Shown here one piece after another: positions 26,358 to 35,170 of a DNA stretch of 64,000 nucleotides (the first letter of the stretch is position 1; each line of letters starts with the position of its first letter). Below the pieces are notes generated by a model that was not told where the DNA came from, ran no database searches, and worked only from the letters and a program-made list of their open reading frames with translations. A program made the position numbers and the translations under genes. This DNA is from an uncultured Actinomycetota bacterium (GTDB lineage: Bacteria > Actinomycetota > Actinomycetes > Actinomycetales > CAWJMD01), in NCBI GenBank assembly GCA_963700925.1, contig OY969553.1, forward strand, positions 1,016,131 through 1,080,130, given 5' to 3'.

Positions 26358-27910
26358 GAACCCAACACGCTGGCTTCGAGCGTGGCGACCACACGGTCGC
26401 GGCCCTGGCGCTTGGCCGTGTAGAGGGCCCTGTCGGCGGCGACGATGAGCGCGTCGGGGGTGGTCGCGTCACTCGGCAGGGACGCGACCCCGACGCTGAC
26501 CGTCACCGGCACGGAGCCCTCGAGTTCCGCGATCGCCGCTCGCAGCCTCTCGGCGATCACGACGGCTCCCTTGGTCGCCACGCCGGGGAGCACGACGACG
26601 AACTCCTCACCGCCGTAGCGCGCCGCCAGGTCGCCCGGGCGGCAAGCAGTCTTCAGCGCAAGGCCGACCGCCCTGAGCACGTCGTCGCCCACCTGGTGGC
26701 CGTGCACGTCGTTCAGTGCCTTGAAGTAGTCCAGGTCCAGCAGCAGCAGGCTCAGCGGCATGTCCTCACGGGTCGCCGCGAGCACCTCGCGTGCCAGCAC
26801 CTCGTCGAAGGACCGGCGGTTCGCGACGCCGGTCAGGCCGTCGGTCAGCGCTGCGACGCTGAGGCGCGCCAGCACGGTGGTACGGGCCTCGGCCTGCGCC
26901 GCGTGCGACACCGCCTGCTCGGCGGTCGTCACCATCCTGAGCTCGACGCGGCTCCCCCGGCGTGCAGGGTGCTCGAAGACGAGGTACCCGGCCGGCTCGC
27001 CGCCGCGGTCGAACGGGACGACGACGACGCGGCGACTCTCGGGCATGGCTTCGGTCAGCCAGTGGTCCGTCTCAGGGTCGAGGTGGGTGACCAGTCGCCG
27101 TCCGAGCGTCCGTGACTGGTTCAGGGCCGACGACGTCGTGGGGTCCGCCAGTGGACCGACGGGCATCAGTCCGTGACCGGCCACGCAGTCGAGCCCCTGT
27201 GGCGTCATGTGGGCGACCATCACCCGTCCCGCGCCCAGCTCGTCACGGACGAAGGTGACGAGCTCGTGGGCCACGGAGATCGGCGTCTCGACACCCTGGA
27301 GCACGCCGGCAAGTCTCTGCAGCGCCTCCGCGTCGTACCGGCGACGGCGCAGCTCACGCTCGTTGACCGCCGCGAACGTGGTGGTCGTGATCGTGGCCAG
27401 CCAGACGACTCCCAGGTAGGTCATCAGGGAACGGTTGCTGTGGGACCCGGCCGCAGGCACACCCAGCATCTCCAGCAGCCCGGTCTCCTGCGCGCGGGAC
27501 AGCACCAGGGCCAGCAGGGAGTGCCAGAAGGCGATCTTCAGCCCGGTCCTGAACGAGGCCAGCAGCGAGACCGCCACCACGTGCACCGCGACGAGATACG
27601 CCAGGGGCTCCCCGACGCCGCCCGCGAAGTGGATGTTCCCGGCCAGGTACACGCCGTCGACCAGCAGGCACATGCCGAACGACCAGACTCCGAGCCTGCG
27701 ACTGCCCCGCAGCACGAGGGAGCTGATCGCCGAGGTCAGCACCAGGTAGGCGACCCCCACCAGGAGCAGACCGAGGTCGAACCGCGAGTCACGTGCCTGC
27801 GTGGTCAGCACCAGAGTGGCCATGGTGATGACGAGCCGGAACACCTGCATGGAGAGGACCCGCTCGGTGAGCGGGACGATCTCGGCGCGCTCCGGTGATG
27901 TGCGCGACAT
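26354..27910 (-). CDS. membrane diguanylate cyclase (multi-TM, GAF-like, GGDEF)
   Basis: ATG at 27910 (MSRTSPERAEIV). About 6 hydrophobic helices and a central GAF-like region. GGDEF domain with active site RYGGEEF and I-site RPGD. It is the last 518 codons of an 847-aa run-through ORF. Confidence 0.85.
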   Translation of the reverse strand: MSRTSPERAEIVPLTERVLSMQVFRLVITMATLVLTTQARDSRFDLGLLLVGVAYLVLTSAISSLVLRGSRRLGVWSFGMCLLVDGVYLAGNIHFAGGVGEPLAYLVAVHVVAVSLLASFRTGLKIAFWHSLLALVLSRAQETGLLEMLGVPAAGSHSNRSLMTYLGVVWLATITTTTFAAVNERELRRRRYDAEALQRLAGVLQGVETPISVAHELVTFVRDELGAGRVMVAHMTPQGLDCVAGHGLMPVGPLADPTTSSALNQSRTLGRRLVTHLDPETDHWLTEAMPESRRVVVVPFDRGGEPAGYLVFEHPARRGSRVELRMVTTAEQAVSHAAQAEARTTVLARLSVAALTDGLTGVANRRSFDEVLAREVLAATREDMPLSLLLLDLDYFKALNDVHGHQVGDDVLRAVGLALKTACRPGDLAARYGGEEFVVVLPGVATKGAVVIAERLRAAIAELEGSVPVTVSVGVASLPSDATTPDALIVAADRALYTAKRQGRDRVVATLEASVLGS

Positions 27911-28897
27911 CAGGACTCCTCGGGACGGTGCGGGTGAGTGAATCTCAGCTGCGCGGCGCGGCGGACGGAGGCCAGCGCCAGCTTGGGGTCGCCCTTGTCG
28001 AGACGGTGCTGGATCGCCAGGAAGGCGATGATCATCAGCAGCCACCAGAGCGCGTACCCCAGCGACTCCGCGATCCGGATGGACGTCTCCAGGATCGCGT
28101 CCACGATGGAACGCTCCAGGACGACATCCGCCGCAGCCTCGGTGCCAGGCCCGGCCGGGCCGCTGGGAACGAGGGGGACGACCGCTTCCTCCGTCTGGCT
28201 CGCCGTCGCCGCCGGCTCGCTGGCTGACGGGGTTGCCGTAGCGGTGGTGGTCGGGTCGGTCGTCGGCGTCGGGTCCGTCGTCGGGTGACGTCGGGTCCGA
28301 CGTCGGAGTCACTGGCGGGTCGACCGGCGGGTCGACCGGCGGGTCGACGGGCGGGACGTCGGGTGCGCTGAGCACCCAGACCAGGTTGCCCTGGGCACCG
28401 GCGTCGGCGCCGGTGTCGTCGACCGAGGCGGTCAGCCGGAACGTCCGCACCTCGTCGGACGAGGGCTGCCAACCTGTGTCGACCCCTCCGGCGGCGGAGA
28501 GGTCGGCGATCGGGCCGTCGAAGACATCGGCACCGACGAAGCCTGAGCAGTCACCGAAGTCGCCCCCCGAGCCGACCTCGACGCGAAGGCGTAGGTGGTC
28601 GACGAGGTTGCCGGTCAGGTCGGTGGCGCGCACCGCCACCGTCGAGTCCGACGGTGGTGCCGTAGTCCCGACGGCAAGGCATGAGGTCTGGGGACGTCCG
28701 GGCACGAGGGGCTGCGCGCCGTCGAAGAGAGCGGCCCCGTCGTCGTCGTCGAACAGGGACGCGGTAGCCGTCGCCGTGACGGCCGCGGCGGCCTCCACGC
28801 GAAGGAGTGCGAGCTGGAGGCAGGCGAGCAGCACCGTGAGCACCGCGGCAGCACGAATCGCCGCGGTGGTGCTGAACCCCAGTCGCTGCACGTCCAC
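27910..28897 (-). pseudogene. TasA/camelysin-like secreted protein with (PPVD)n/PT-rich linker and C-terminal TM anchor; apparent 1-nt frameshift
   Basis: In frame A (28897 down to about 28290) there is a signal-like N-terminus and the core SLFDDDDGAALFDGAQPLVPG, paralogous to 29058-29642. In frame C (open below 28309) come a PT-rich linker, the TM YALWWLLMIIAFLAI and a stop at 27910. G/C third positions switch from frame A to frame C. The last 64 codons could alternatively be a separate GTG-started ORF (27910-28104). Confidence 0.6.
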
Positions 28898-29057
28898 TCC
28901 TCTGGCGATGTCGTACTGGCTTCTTCGGCTGGCAAAGGGCCGCGCTGAACACCGGGGACCCTGCAGAACCGCTCAAGGTCGGGCCGAGTTGGCTCGATAG
29001 AGAGGGGTAGCACCGCGCACCGACGGTGGCTGCGCCGCCTTGGCCTCTGGAGCAGAC

Positions 29058-29642
29058 ATGACCGACACCCGCAACCGGCGTCACCCCGCGACCTACATCG
29101 CGGTGGCGACAGCGGCTGGCCTTGTCGTCAGCGGTGCGTTGATCTGGCAGGGGTCGCAGGCAGCGTTCACCGCCCAGACCGACAACGGCGTGAACAACTG
29201 GGACTCGGGCAAGGTCGTCCTGTCGGACGACGACGGTGGCGTGGCCCTGTTCAACGTGTCGGGCATGGCCCCGGGCGACACCGGGTTCAAGTGCATCAAC
29301 GTCGAGTACGACGGTGACGTGGCTGCCGACGTCGAGCTGTACGTCAGCGCCTCTGGCGGCACGCTCGCGCCCTACGTGGACCTCACCGTCGAGGCCGGGA
29401 CCGGCGCCACCAACGCGGCCTGCGCCGGATTCGCATCACTGGCAGTGCCCAGCACCTTCAGCGGCACGCTGGCATCGTTCACCACGACCCACGGCACGTA
29501 CGCGACCGGCTTCGGCACCTGGGCGCCGACGGTGCCCGACAGCGTGCGCAGCTACCGGTTCACGTACACGCTCCAGGACGATGACGCCGCCCAGGACAAG
29601 TCGGCCAACGCGACGCTCCTGTGGGAGGCTCGCAGCTCCTAA
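29058..29642 (+). CDS. TasA/camelysin-like secreted protein with SipW-dependent-type signal peptide
   Basis: GGAG lies 6 nt before the ATG. The n-region is RNRR and the h-region ATYIAVATAAGLVVSGALIW. The sequence QGSQA/AFTAQTDNGVNNWDSGKVVL resembles the TasA cleavage region (TWA/AFNDIKSKDATFASGTLDL). Confidence 0.8.
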   Translation: MTDTRNRRHPATYIAVATAAGLVVSGALIWQGSQAAFTAQTDNGVNNWDSGKVVLSDDDGGVALFNVSGMAPGDTGFKCINVEYDGDVAADVELYVSASGGTLAPYVDLTVEAGTGATNAACAGFASLAVPSTFSGTLASFTTTHGTYATGFGTWAPTVPDSVRSYRFTYTLQDDDAAQDKSANATLLWEARSS

Positions 29643-29663
29643 GCTGCGACACACCGGCTTTCG

Positions 29664-29700
29664 GACGGTCCCGACGCATCGCGTCGGGGCCGTCTGTTCA
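29664..29700 (+). terminator. rho-independent-like terminator hairpin
   Basis: 14-bp stem GACGGTCCCGACGC-atc-GCGTCGGGGCCGTC (one G-U pair) followed by tgttca, 22 nt after the stop codon. Confidence 0.5.
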
Positions 29701-29734
29701 TCTCAGCCTCATGTCAGCTTCATGACAGCACAAG

Positions 29735-30097
29735 TCAACCAAGGCCGCGGTACTGGTACGGGTTCCCGCCGAGCGCACCCAGCAGGTACCACGAGGTGGC
29801 TCCGACGTGCTGCGCCTGGAAGTGCCGAACCCGAAACCGGTGTCCAGCAGGCTCGACGCCGCCACCACTCCCCCGAGCTCGGGCAGGGCGTTCCCGCCGA
29901 CGTGCTGGCCCCGGCCGAGCGTCGCCTGCACGGAGCGGACCTGCACCAGCTGACGGTCGACGAGGCGGCGGTCGCCGCGCGAGCAGCGGTCCGCCCACGC
30001 AGACCAGCTGTCCGGTGCCCTCCAGCCAGACGCCGTCCGAATGCACCTGGATGCCGTTGTACTGGGCGGTCGAGACCACAGGAGGTTCCGTGCTCAC
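29735..30097 (-). pseudogene. possible decayed small ORF of unknown function, about 2 frameshifts
   Basis: Coding-like G/C third positions jump between two minus-strand frames (VSTEPPVVSTAQYNGIQVHSDGVWLEGTGQLV / VQVRSVQATLGRGQHVGGNALPELGGVVAASSLLDTGFGFG / FQAQHVGATSWYLLGALGGNPYQYRGLG). No family was recognised. Confidence 0.3.
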
Positions 30098-30141
30098 CAG
30101 GCAAGCGCGACAGGCCAGCACCCGGCGGTCATGATGCAGGC

Positions 30142-31164
30142 ATGAGCGAGTCACGAGGGGCGCGCAAGCCGCCGACCCTGGAGACCGTGGCGGCGGCCGC
30201 CGGTGTGTCGCGGGCGACGGTGTCGCGGGTGGTGAACGACTCCACCACCGTCTCCCCGCAGATCAGGGCGAGCGTCGAGGACGCGATCGCGCGGCTCGGG
30301 TACGTACCCAACCGTGCGGCTCGCAGCCTCGTCACCCGGCGCACCGACTCGATCGCGCTGGTGATGCGCGAGCCGGCTGAGTTCGGATTCGCCGACCCGT
30401 ACCTGTCCAGCATGGTCGTGGCGACCGGCCAGTCGCTGATCGGCACCGGCATGCAGCTGATGGTGATGATGGCGCAGGACGACGACGAGCACGCCCGGCT
30501 GGTCGAGTACGTGCGGTCGGGTCACGTCGACGGCGTCATCCTGCTGTCCGCGCACGACGGCGACCCGCTGCCGTCCGAGCTCGTGCGGGCCAGGGTGCCG
30601 CTCGTCATCGGCGGACGGACGTCGCGCCGGCTGCCGGGCGCGATGTGCGTGGACGCCGACAACGTCGGTGGCGGGCGGGCAGCGGCCGAGCGGCTGCTGA
30701 GCACCGGCCGCCACCGGATCGCGACCGTCGCCGGACCCGCCGACATGCCCGCCGCCGGCGACCGGCTCGGCGGCTTCCGGGCAGCGCTCGCCGAGGCAGG
30801 TCATCCGGCCGACCTGGTGGCCTACGGAGACTGGACCCGCGCGTCCGGCGAGAAGGCGATGGTCGACTTGTTGCACCGACAGCCCGATCTCGACGGGGTG
30901 TTCGTGGGCAGCGACCTGATGGCCATCGGCGCGATGGAGGCGATCCGCGCCTCTGGGCGGCGCGTGCCCGACGACGTCGCCGTGGTCGGCTTCGACGACA
31001 TCGACATGGCCGCCCACACCGACCCGCCGCTGACCACCGTGCGCCAGGAGGCTGCCGAGACCGCGCGGACGATGGTCGACATGCTGCTGGCCCAGATCAA
31101 CGGTGAGCCACCCGGCGACCCCGTCACCCTGCCGACGCGTCTGGTGGTGCGCCGGTCCGGCTGA
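30142..31164 (+). CDS. LacI family transcriptional regulator
   Basis: N-terminal HTH TLETVAAAAGVSRATVSRVVN...YVPNRAARSL followed by a periplasmic-binding-protein-like sugar-binding fold. Confidence 0.9.
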   Translation: MSESRGARKPPTLETVAAAAGVSRATVSRVVNDSTTVSPQIRASVEDAIARLGYVPNRAARSLVTRRTDSIALVMREPAEFGFADPYLSSMVVATGQSLIGTGMQLMVMMAQDDDEHARLVEYVRSGHVDGVILLSAHDGDPLPSELVRARVPLVIGGRTSRRLPGAMCVDADNVGGGRAAAERLLSTGRHRIATVAGPADMPAAGDRLGGFRAALAEAGHPADLVAYGDWTRASGEKAMVDLLHRQPDLDGVFVGSDLMAIGAMEAIRASGRRVPDDVAVVGFDDIDMAAHTDPPLTTVRQEAAETARTMVDMLLAQINGEPPGDPVTLPTRLVVRRSG

Positions 31165-31168
31165 CGCT

Positions 31169-31786
31169 CTAGAGGTACGCGTCGGGGGTCTTTCCGTCCC
31201 AGTCCGCGAGTGGAGCGCAGTGCCACTGCCAGTGGCGCCGGCGGGGCAGTCCCGGCAAGTCGATGCGCCCGTTCGCCCACAGCAGGGCAGTCCAGGGATC
31301 GTCGGTCGGCAGGTCATCAAGGCTGATCCACGGGAACAGCCGGTTGAGGACGGCTGTCGCGAGATGCGCTGCGGGCGTGAAGGTCTGGCCGACACCCCGG
31401 GCCGCGTCGGACACGTGCACCAGCAGCTCGTCGCAGGCCATGGCAGCGAATCCCGACGCATCCACCAGACCGGTGGGGTGCCAACCGCGCTCGTCGTCGG
31501 ACGAGCCCTCGACCGCCCGTGCCAGCAGCTCGGCGTACGTGCTGACCGCCCGGCGCAGCTCGGACGGCGGGGTGTCGGGCTTGACCCCCACCTGCGTCGC
31601 GTCGAGCTCCGACGGGCCGGCGATCAGGTCGAACGCGTACCAGATCAGCCCGTCGCCGGTGTGGGCGACGACGCTCGCGACCGTGAAGTCGAGGTCGGGG
31701 ACCGGCCGCGTCCAGTCGTCGTCCGGGATCGCGTCGAGACGGGCACGTGCCTGGGCCGCGGCTAGCCGCAGGTGGGAGGCGTCCAT
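31169..31786 (-). CDS. DinB/maleylpyruvate-isomerase-N (mycothiol-dependent) family protein
   Basis: 205-aa ORF. The N-terminal four-helix DinB-like segment has a conserved His (VASVVAHTGDGLIWY). Confidence 0.7.
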   Translation of the reverse strand: MDASHLRLAAAQARARLDAIPDDDWTRPVPDLDFTVASVVAHTGDGLIWYAFDLIAGPSELDATQVGVKPDTPPSELRRAVSTYAELLARAVEGSSDDERGWHPTGLVDASGFAAMACDELLVHVSDAARGVGQTFTPAAHLATAVLNRLFPWISLDDLPTDDPWTALLWANGRIDLPGLPRRRHWQWHCAPLADWDGKTPDAYL

Positions 31787-31800
31787 GTCACCATCCTGCG

Positions 31801-33549
31801 TCAGCCGCGCAGCACGGTCAGGGGCAGGGTGGCGACGGCACCGGGTGGCACCGCCGGGCTCAGCGGCGCGACACGCTCCACCCGCCGGTAGGGCGCGCCC
31901 TGCGCCGGGCGCGGGTCGGGCTCACCCTTGTTGGGCCACAGCGAGAACGCGCGCTCCGACTGTGCCGTGATCGTCAGGGCCGGGTTGACCCCGAGGTTCG
32001 CCGAGACCGCTGACCCGTCGACGACGCTGACACCGGGGTGGCCGTGCAGGCGGTGGTACGGGTCGACCACGCCGGTGGACGCGTCCTCCGAGATCGGGCA
32101 GCCGCCGAGGAAGTGCGCGGTCATGGGCACGTCGAGCAGGTCCCCCAACGCACCACCGGCGAACCCCTGCTGGCCCGTTCGTCGACCGAGACGGTCGGCG
32201 ACCGCGCGGATCGCCCTGTGCCCTGCCGGGACCCACGACGGGTTCGGCTCGCCGTGGCCCTGCCGCGACGTGAGCCGCACCCCTCGGCCCAGGCGGCGTG
32301 GACGACCCGAGACGACGATCGAGTTGTCGCGCGTCTGCATCACCAGGCCGATCACGGTGCGCTCGCTCCAGCGCCGCACCGACGTGGCCGTCAACAGCTC
32401 GGACGGGTGCGCTACAGCGTGGCGCAGGAACTTGGCCCAGCGAGGTACCCGTCCGCCACCGTCGACGAGCAGCGTGGCGAGCAGGCCCATCGCGTTCGAA
32501 CCCTTGCCGTACCGGACGTTCTCGATATGCGTGTCGTCGGCGGGGTGGAAGGACGACGTGATCGCCACCCCGCGCGAGGCGTCCACCTGCGGGTCGACCT
32601 TCGGCACCAGCGCGCCGAGGAGCGCCTCGGAGTTGGTGCGGGTCAGATGTCCCAGGCGCGCCGAGACGCGAGGCAGCACACGACGTCTCGCCAGGTCGTG
32701 CAGCAGCGACTGGGTACCCCACGTGCCCGCGGCCAGCACGACGTGCTGTGCGGTGACCGTCCGCTCATCAGCATGACGCCGTCCGCGAGCGCCCGTGCGA
32801 CGGGTGGTGATGGCGAAACCCGCTGAGTCCGAACCCTTGTCGAGCGGTCGCACGTCCACGACGGTCCGTAGCGGCTCGATGCGCACGCCGAGGCGCTCGG
32901 CGAGCGCGAGGTAGTTCTTGACCAGGGTGTTCTTGGCCCCGACGCGGCAGCCGGTCATGCACGAGCCGCACTCGGTGCACGTCGTGCGACGCGGGCCGGC
33001 CCCGCCGAAGTACGGGTCGGCGACCTCGCGGCCGGGACCGGTTCCGACCGCGTCTCCGAAGAGCACGCCGACCGGCGTCATGCGGAACGTGTGGCCGACA
33101 CCGAGGTCGTCGGCCGCTTCCCGCATCACCTGCTCGACGGGGCCCTCGCACGCATTGGTGACGACTCCCAGCATGCGCGACGCCTGGTCGTAGTGCGGCG
33201 CGAGCTCGGCGTGCCAGTCGGTGATGTGCGCCCACTGCGGGTCGTCGAAGAACGGGGACGGCGGCACGTACAGGGTGTTCGCGTAGTTCAGCGAGCCGCC
33301 TCCGACGCCGGCTCCGGCCAGGATCACGACATCGGGCAGCTTGTGGATCCGCTGGATGCCGAACAGCCCGAGTGCCGGGGCCCACAGGTAGTTGCGGAGG
33401 TCCCACGAGGTCTTCGGCAGGTCGAGGTCGGTGAAGCGACGTCCAGCTTCGTACAGCACGACGTCATAGCCCTTCTCCGCCAGTCGCAACGAGGCGACCG
33501 ACCCGCCGAAGCCGGACCCGACGACCACGACGTCGTGGTCGAAGCTCAT
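31801..33549 (-). CDS. GMC family FAD-dependent oxidoreductase (cholesterol/alcohol oxidase-like)
   Basis: ATG at 33549 in ATGA overlap with the upstream ALDH stop. Dinucleotide fold DVVVVGSGFGGSVASLRLAEKGYDV. Confidence 0.85.
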   Translation of the reverse strand: MSFDHDVVVVGSGFGGSVASLRLAEKGYDVVLYEAGRRFTDLDLPKTSWDLRNYLWAPALGLFGIQRIHKLPDVVILAGAGVGGGSLNYANTLYVPPSPFFDDPQWAHITDWHAELAPHYDQASRMLGVVTNACEGPVEQVMREAADDLGVGHTFRMTPVGVLFGDAVGTGPGREVADPYFGGAGPRRTTCTECGSCMTGCRVGAKNTLVKNYLALAERLGVRIEPLRTVVDVRPLDKGSDSAGFAITTRRTGARGRRHADERTVTAQHVVLAAGTWGTQSLLHDLARRRVLPRVSARLGHLTRTNSEALLGALVPKVDPQVDASRGVAITSSFHPADDTHIENVRYGKGSNAMGLLATLLVDGGGRVPRWAKFLRHAVAHPSELLTATSVRRWSERTVIGLVMQTRDNSIVVSGRPRRLGRGVRLTSRQGHGEPNPSWVPAGHRAIRAVADRLGRRTGQQGFAGGALGDLLDVPMTAHFLGGCPISEDASTGVVDPYHRLHGHPGVSVVDGSAVSANLGVNPALTITAQSERAFSLWPNKGEPDPRPAQGAPYRRVERVAPLSPAVPPGAVATLPLTVLRG

Positions 33550-35156
33550 GGCAGGCGCAGCGCCTTCATGGCGCGCAGCGAGGCGGTGATCGCTGTCGTC
33601 CACTTCTCAGCGGGCAAGTCGTACAGCCTGCCCATCCCGATGCCGCGGGTCGTGCCGCGCTGCACCGAGATGGTCTGAGCCTCGGTGAATCTGGTGATGC
33701 CTTCCTTGCCGTGGCGCCGGCCGAGCCCCGACTGCTTCATGCCGCCCATCGGTGCTCCCATCGCCGCCCAGGTGGCGAGGTAGCCCTCGTTCACGTTCAC
33801 CGTGCCCGCGTCGATCCGACGCGCGAGCCGGCGCCCGCGTGAGGTGTCGGACGTCCAGACGGCAGCGTTCAGGCCGTACCTGGTCGAGTTGGCGAACGCG
33901 ACCGCCTCGTCGTCGGACTCGACGGTGTAGACAGCGACGACCGGCCCGAAGGTCTCCTCGGCGTAACACGTTGCGGTCATGGGCACGTCGGCCAGCACGG
34001 TGGGCTCGTAGAACAGAGGACCCACGTCGGGGCGTGGCTTGCCACCGGCCAGCACGGTGGCGCCCTTCACGACGGCGTCGTCCACGTGCTGGGTCACCGT
34101 CCGAAGCTGGTCCTCCGACACGAGTGACCCCATGTCGGCGCTGTAGTCGAGCCCGGAGCCCAGCCGGATCTTGCCCACCCGGCGCAGGAAGGCGCTCATG
34201 AACTCGTCGTGGACGTCGGAGTGCACGACGAGCCGTTCCATCGCCACGCACAGCTGACCGGCGCTGGAGAACACGGCGCGCACGGCACACTCGGCGGCCA
34301 TCTCGATCGGCGCGTCGTCCGCGACGTAGAAGGTGTTCTTGCCGCCAAGCTCGAGAGAGCAGCCCACCAACCGCGAAGCGGCTTGTGCTGCAACGATCTT
34401 GCCGGTCGCGGTCGACCCCGTGAAGCAGACGTAGTCGACCTCGCCGATCAGTGCGGGACCGATCTCCTCGCCAGGCCCGGCCACCACCTGCAGCACGCCC
34501 TCGGGCAGCCCGGCCTGCTGCAGCAGGTCGGCCGCCCACAGCGCGGTCAGCGTTGTCTTCGAGTCGGGCTTGACCACGACCGCGTTGCCCGCCACCAGGG
34601 CGGGCAGCACGTCCGAGATCCCCAGCGTCAGTGGGTAGTTCCACGGCGCGATGACCCCCACGACGCCTGCTGGACGGCGCTCGTCGGTGGTGTCGAAGAG
34701 GAACGGCACCAGGCCGAGTCGGTTGTGGGTCGCGAGGTAGCGCGCGCCGCGACGTGCGTAGTGCCGGCAGACGATCGCAACCTCGCCGACCTCCTCGTAG
34801 GCGTCGCCGCGCACCTTTCCGCTCTCGAGCTGGATCAGGTCGAGCACCTCGGACTGGCGGTCGAGCACCAGGTCGTGCAGGCGCAGCAGCACCGCGCACC
34901 GCTCGGCGACCGGCGTCTCGACCCACCGTCGCTGCGCCGCCCGGGCCTCGGTGACAGCCAGCACGACGTCGTCCGGTGTGGACTGCGGGATCTCGGCGAG
35001 ACGGCTTCCGAAGGGGCTCCGTGCGGTGAGCGTCGACGCGTTCGGCGCGGCCACCAGCCGCGTCAGCAGGCGGTCGACCTTTCGCTCGTCCAGGCGCGGG
35101 TCACGGGGGTCTGCGTCGGGCCGTCGAGCAGCATCGGTGGTGCTCCGAGAACTCAT
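33546..35156 (-). CDS. NAD(P)-dependent aldehyde dehydrogenase
   Basis: ALDH motifs LELGGKN and catalytic Cys FSSAGQLCVAMERL. Start at the ATG at 35156. Confidence 0.9.
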   Translation of the reverse strand: MSSRSTTDAARRPDADPRDPRLDERKVDRLLTRLVAAPNASTLTARSPFGSRLAEIPQSTPDDVVLAVTEARAAQRRWVETPVAERCAVLLRLHDLVLDRQSEVLDLIQLESGKVRGDAYEEVGEVAIVCRHYARRGARYLATHNRLGLVPFLFDTTDERRPAGVVGVIAPWNYPLTLGISDVLPALVAGNAVVVKPDSKTTLTALWAADLLQQAGLPEGVLQVVAGPGEEIGPALIGEVDYVCFTGSTATGKIVAAQAASRLVGCSLELGGKNTFYVADDAPIEMAAECAVRAVFSSAGQLCVAMERLVVHSDVHDEFMSAFLRRVGKIRLGSGLDYSADMGSLVSEDQLRTVTQHVDDAVVKGATVLAGGKPRPDVGPLFYEPTVLADVPMTATCYAEETFGPVVAVYTVESDDEAVAFANSTRYGLNAAVWTSDTSRGRRLARRIDAGTVNVNEGYLATWAAMGAPMGGMKQSGLGRRHGKEGITRFTEAQTISVQRGTTRGIGMGRLYDLPAEKWTTAITASLRAMKALRLP

Positions 35157-35170
35157 TACCCAAGAGTAGG

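Noticed and set aside
26354-28897. The 847-aa ORF taken at face value as one giant TasA-like/GGDEF fusion protein.
   Set aside because: Third-position G/C bias leaves this frame between about 28300 and 27910, and the encoded segment there is junk. Another frame carries a plausible PT-linker plus TM helix and ends in TGATG at the cyclase ATG.
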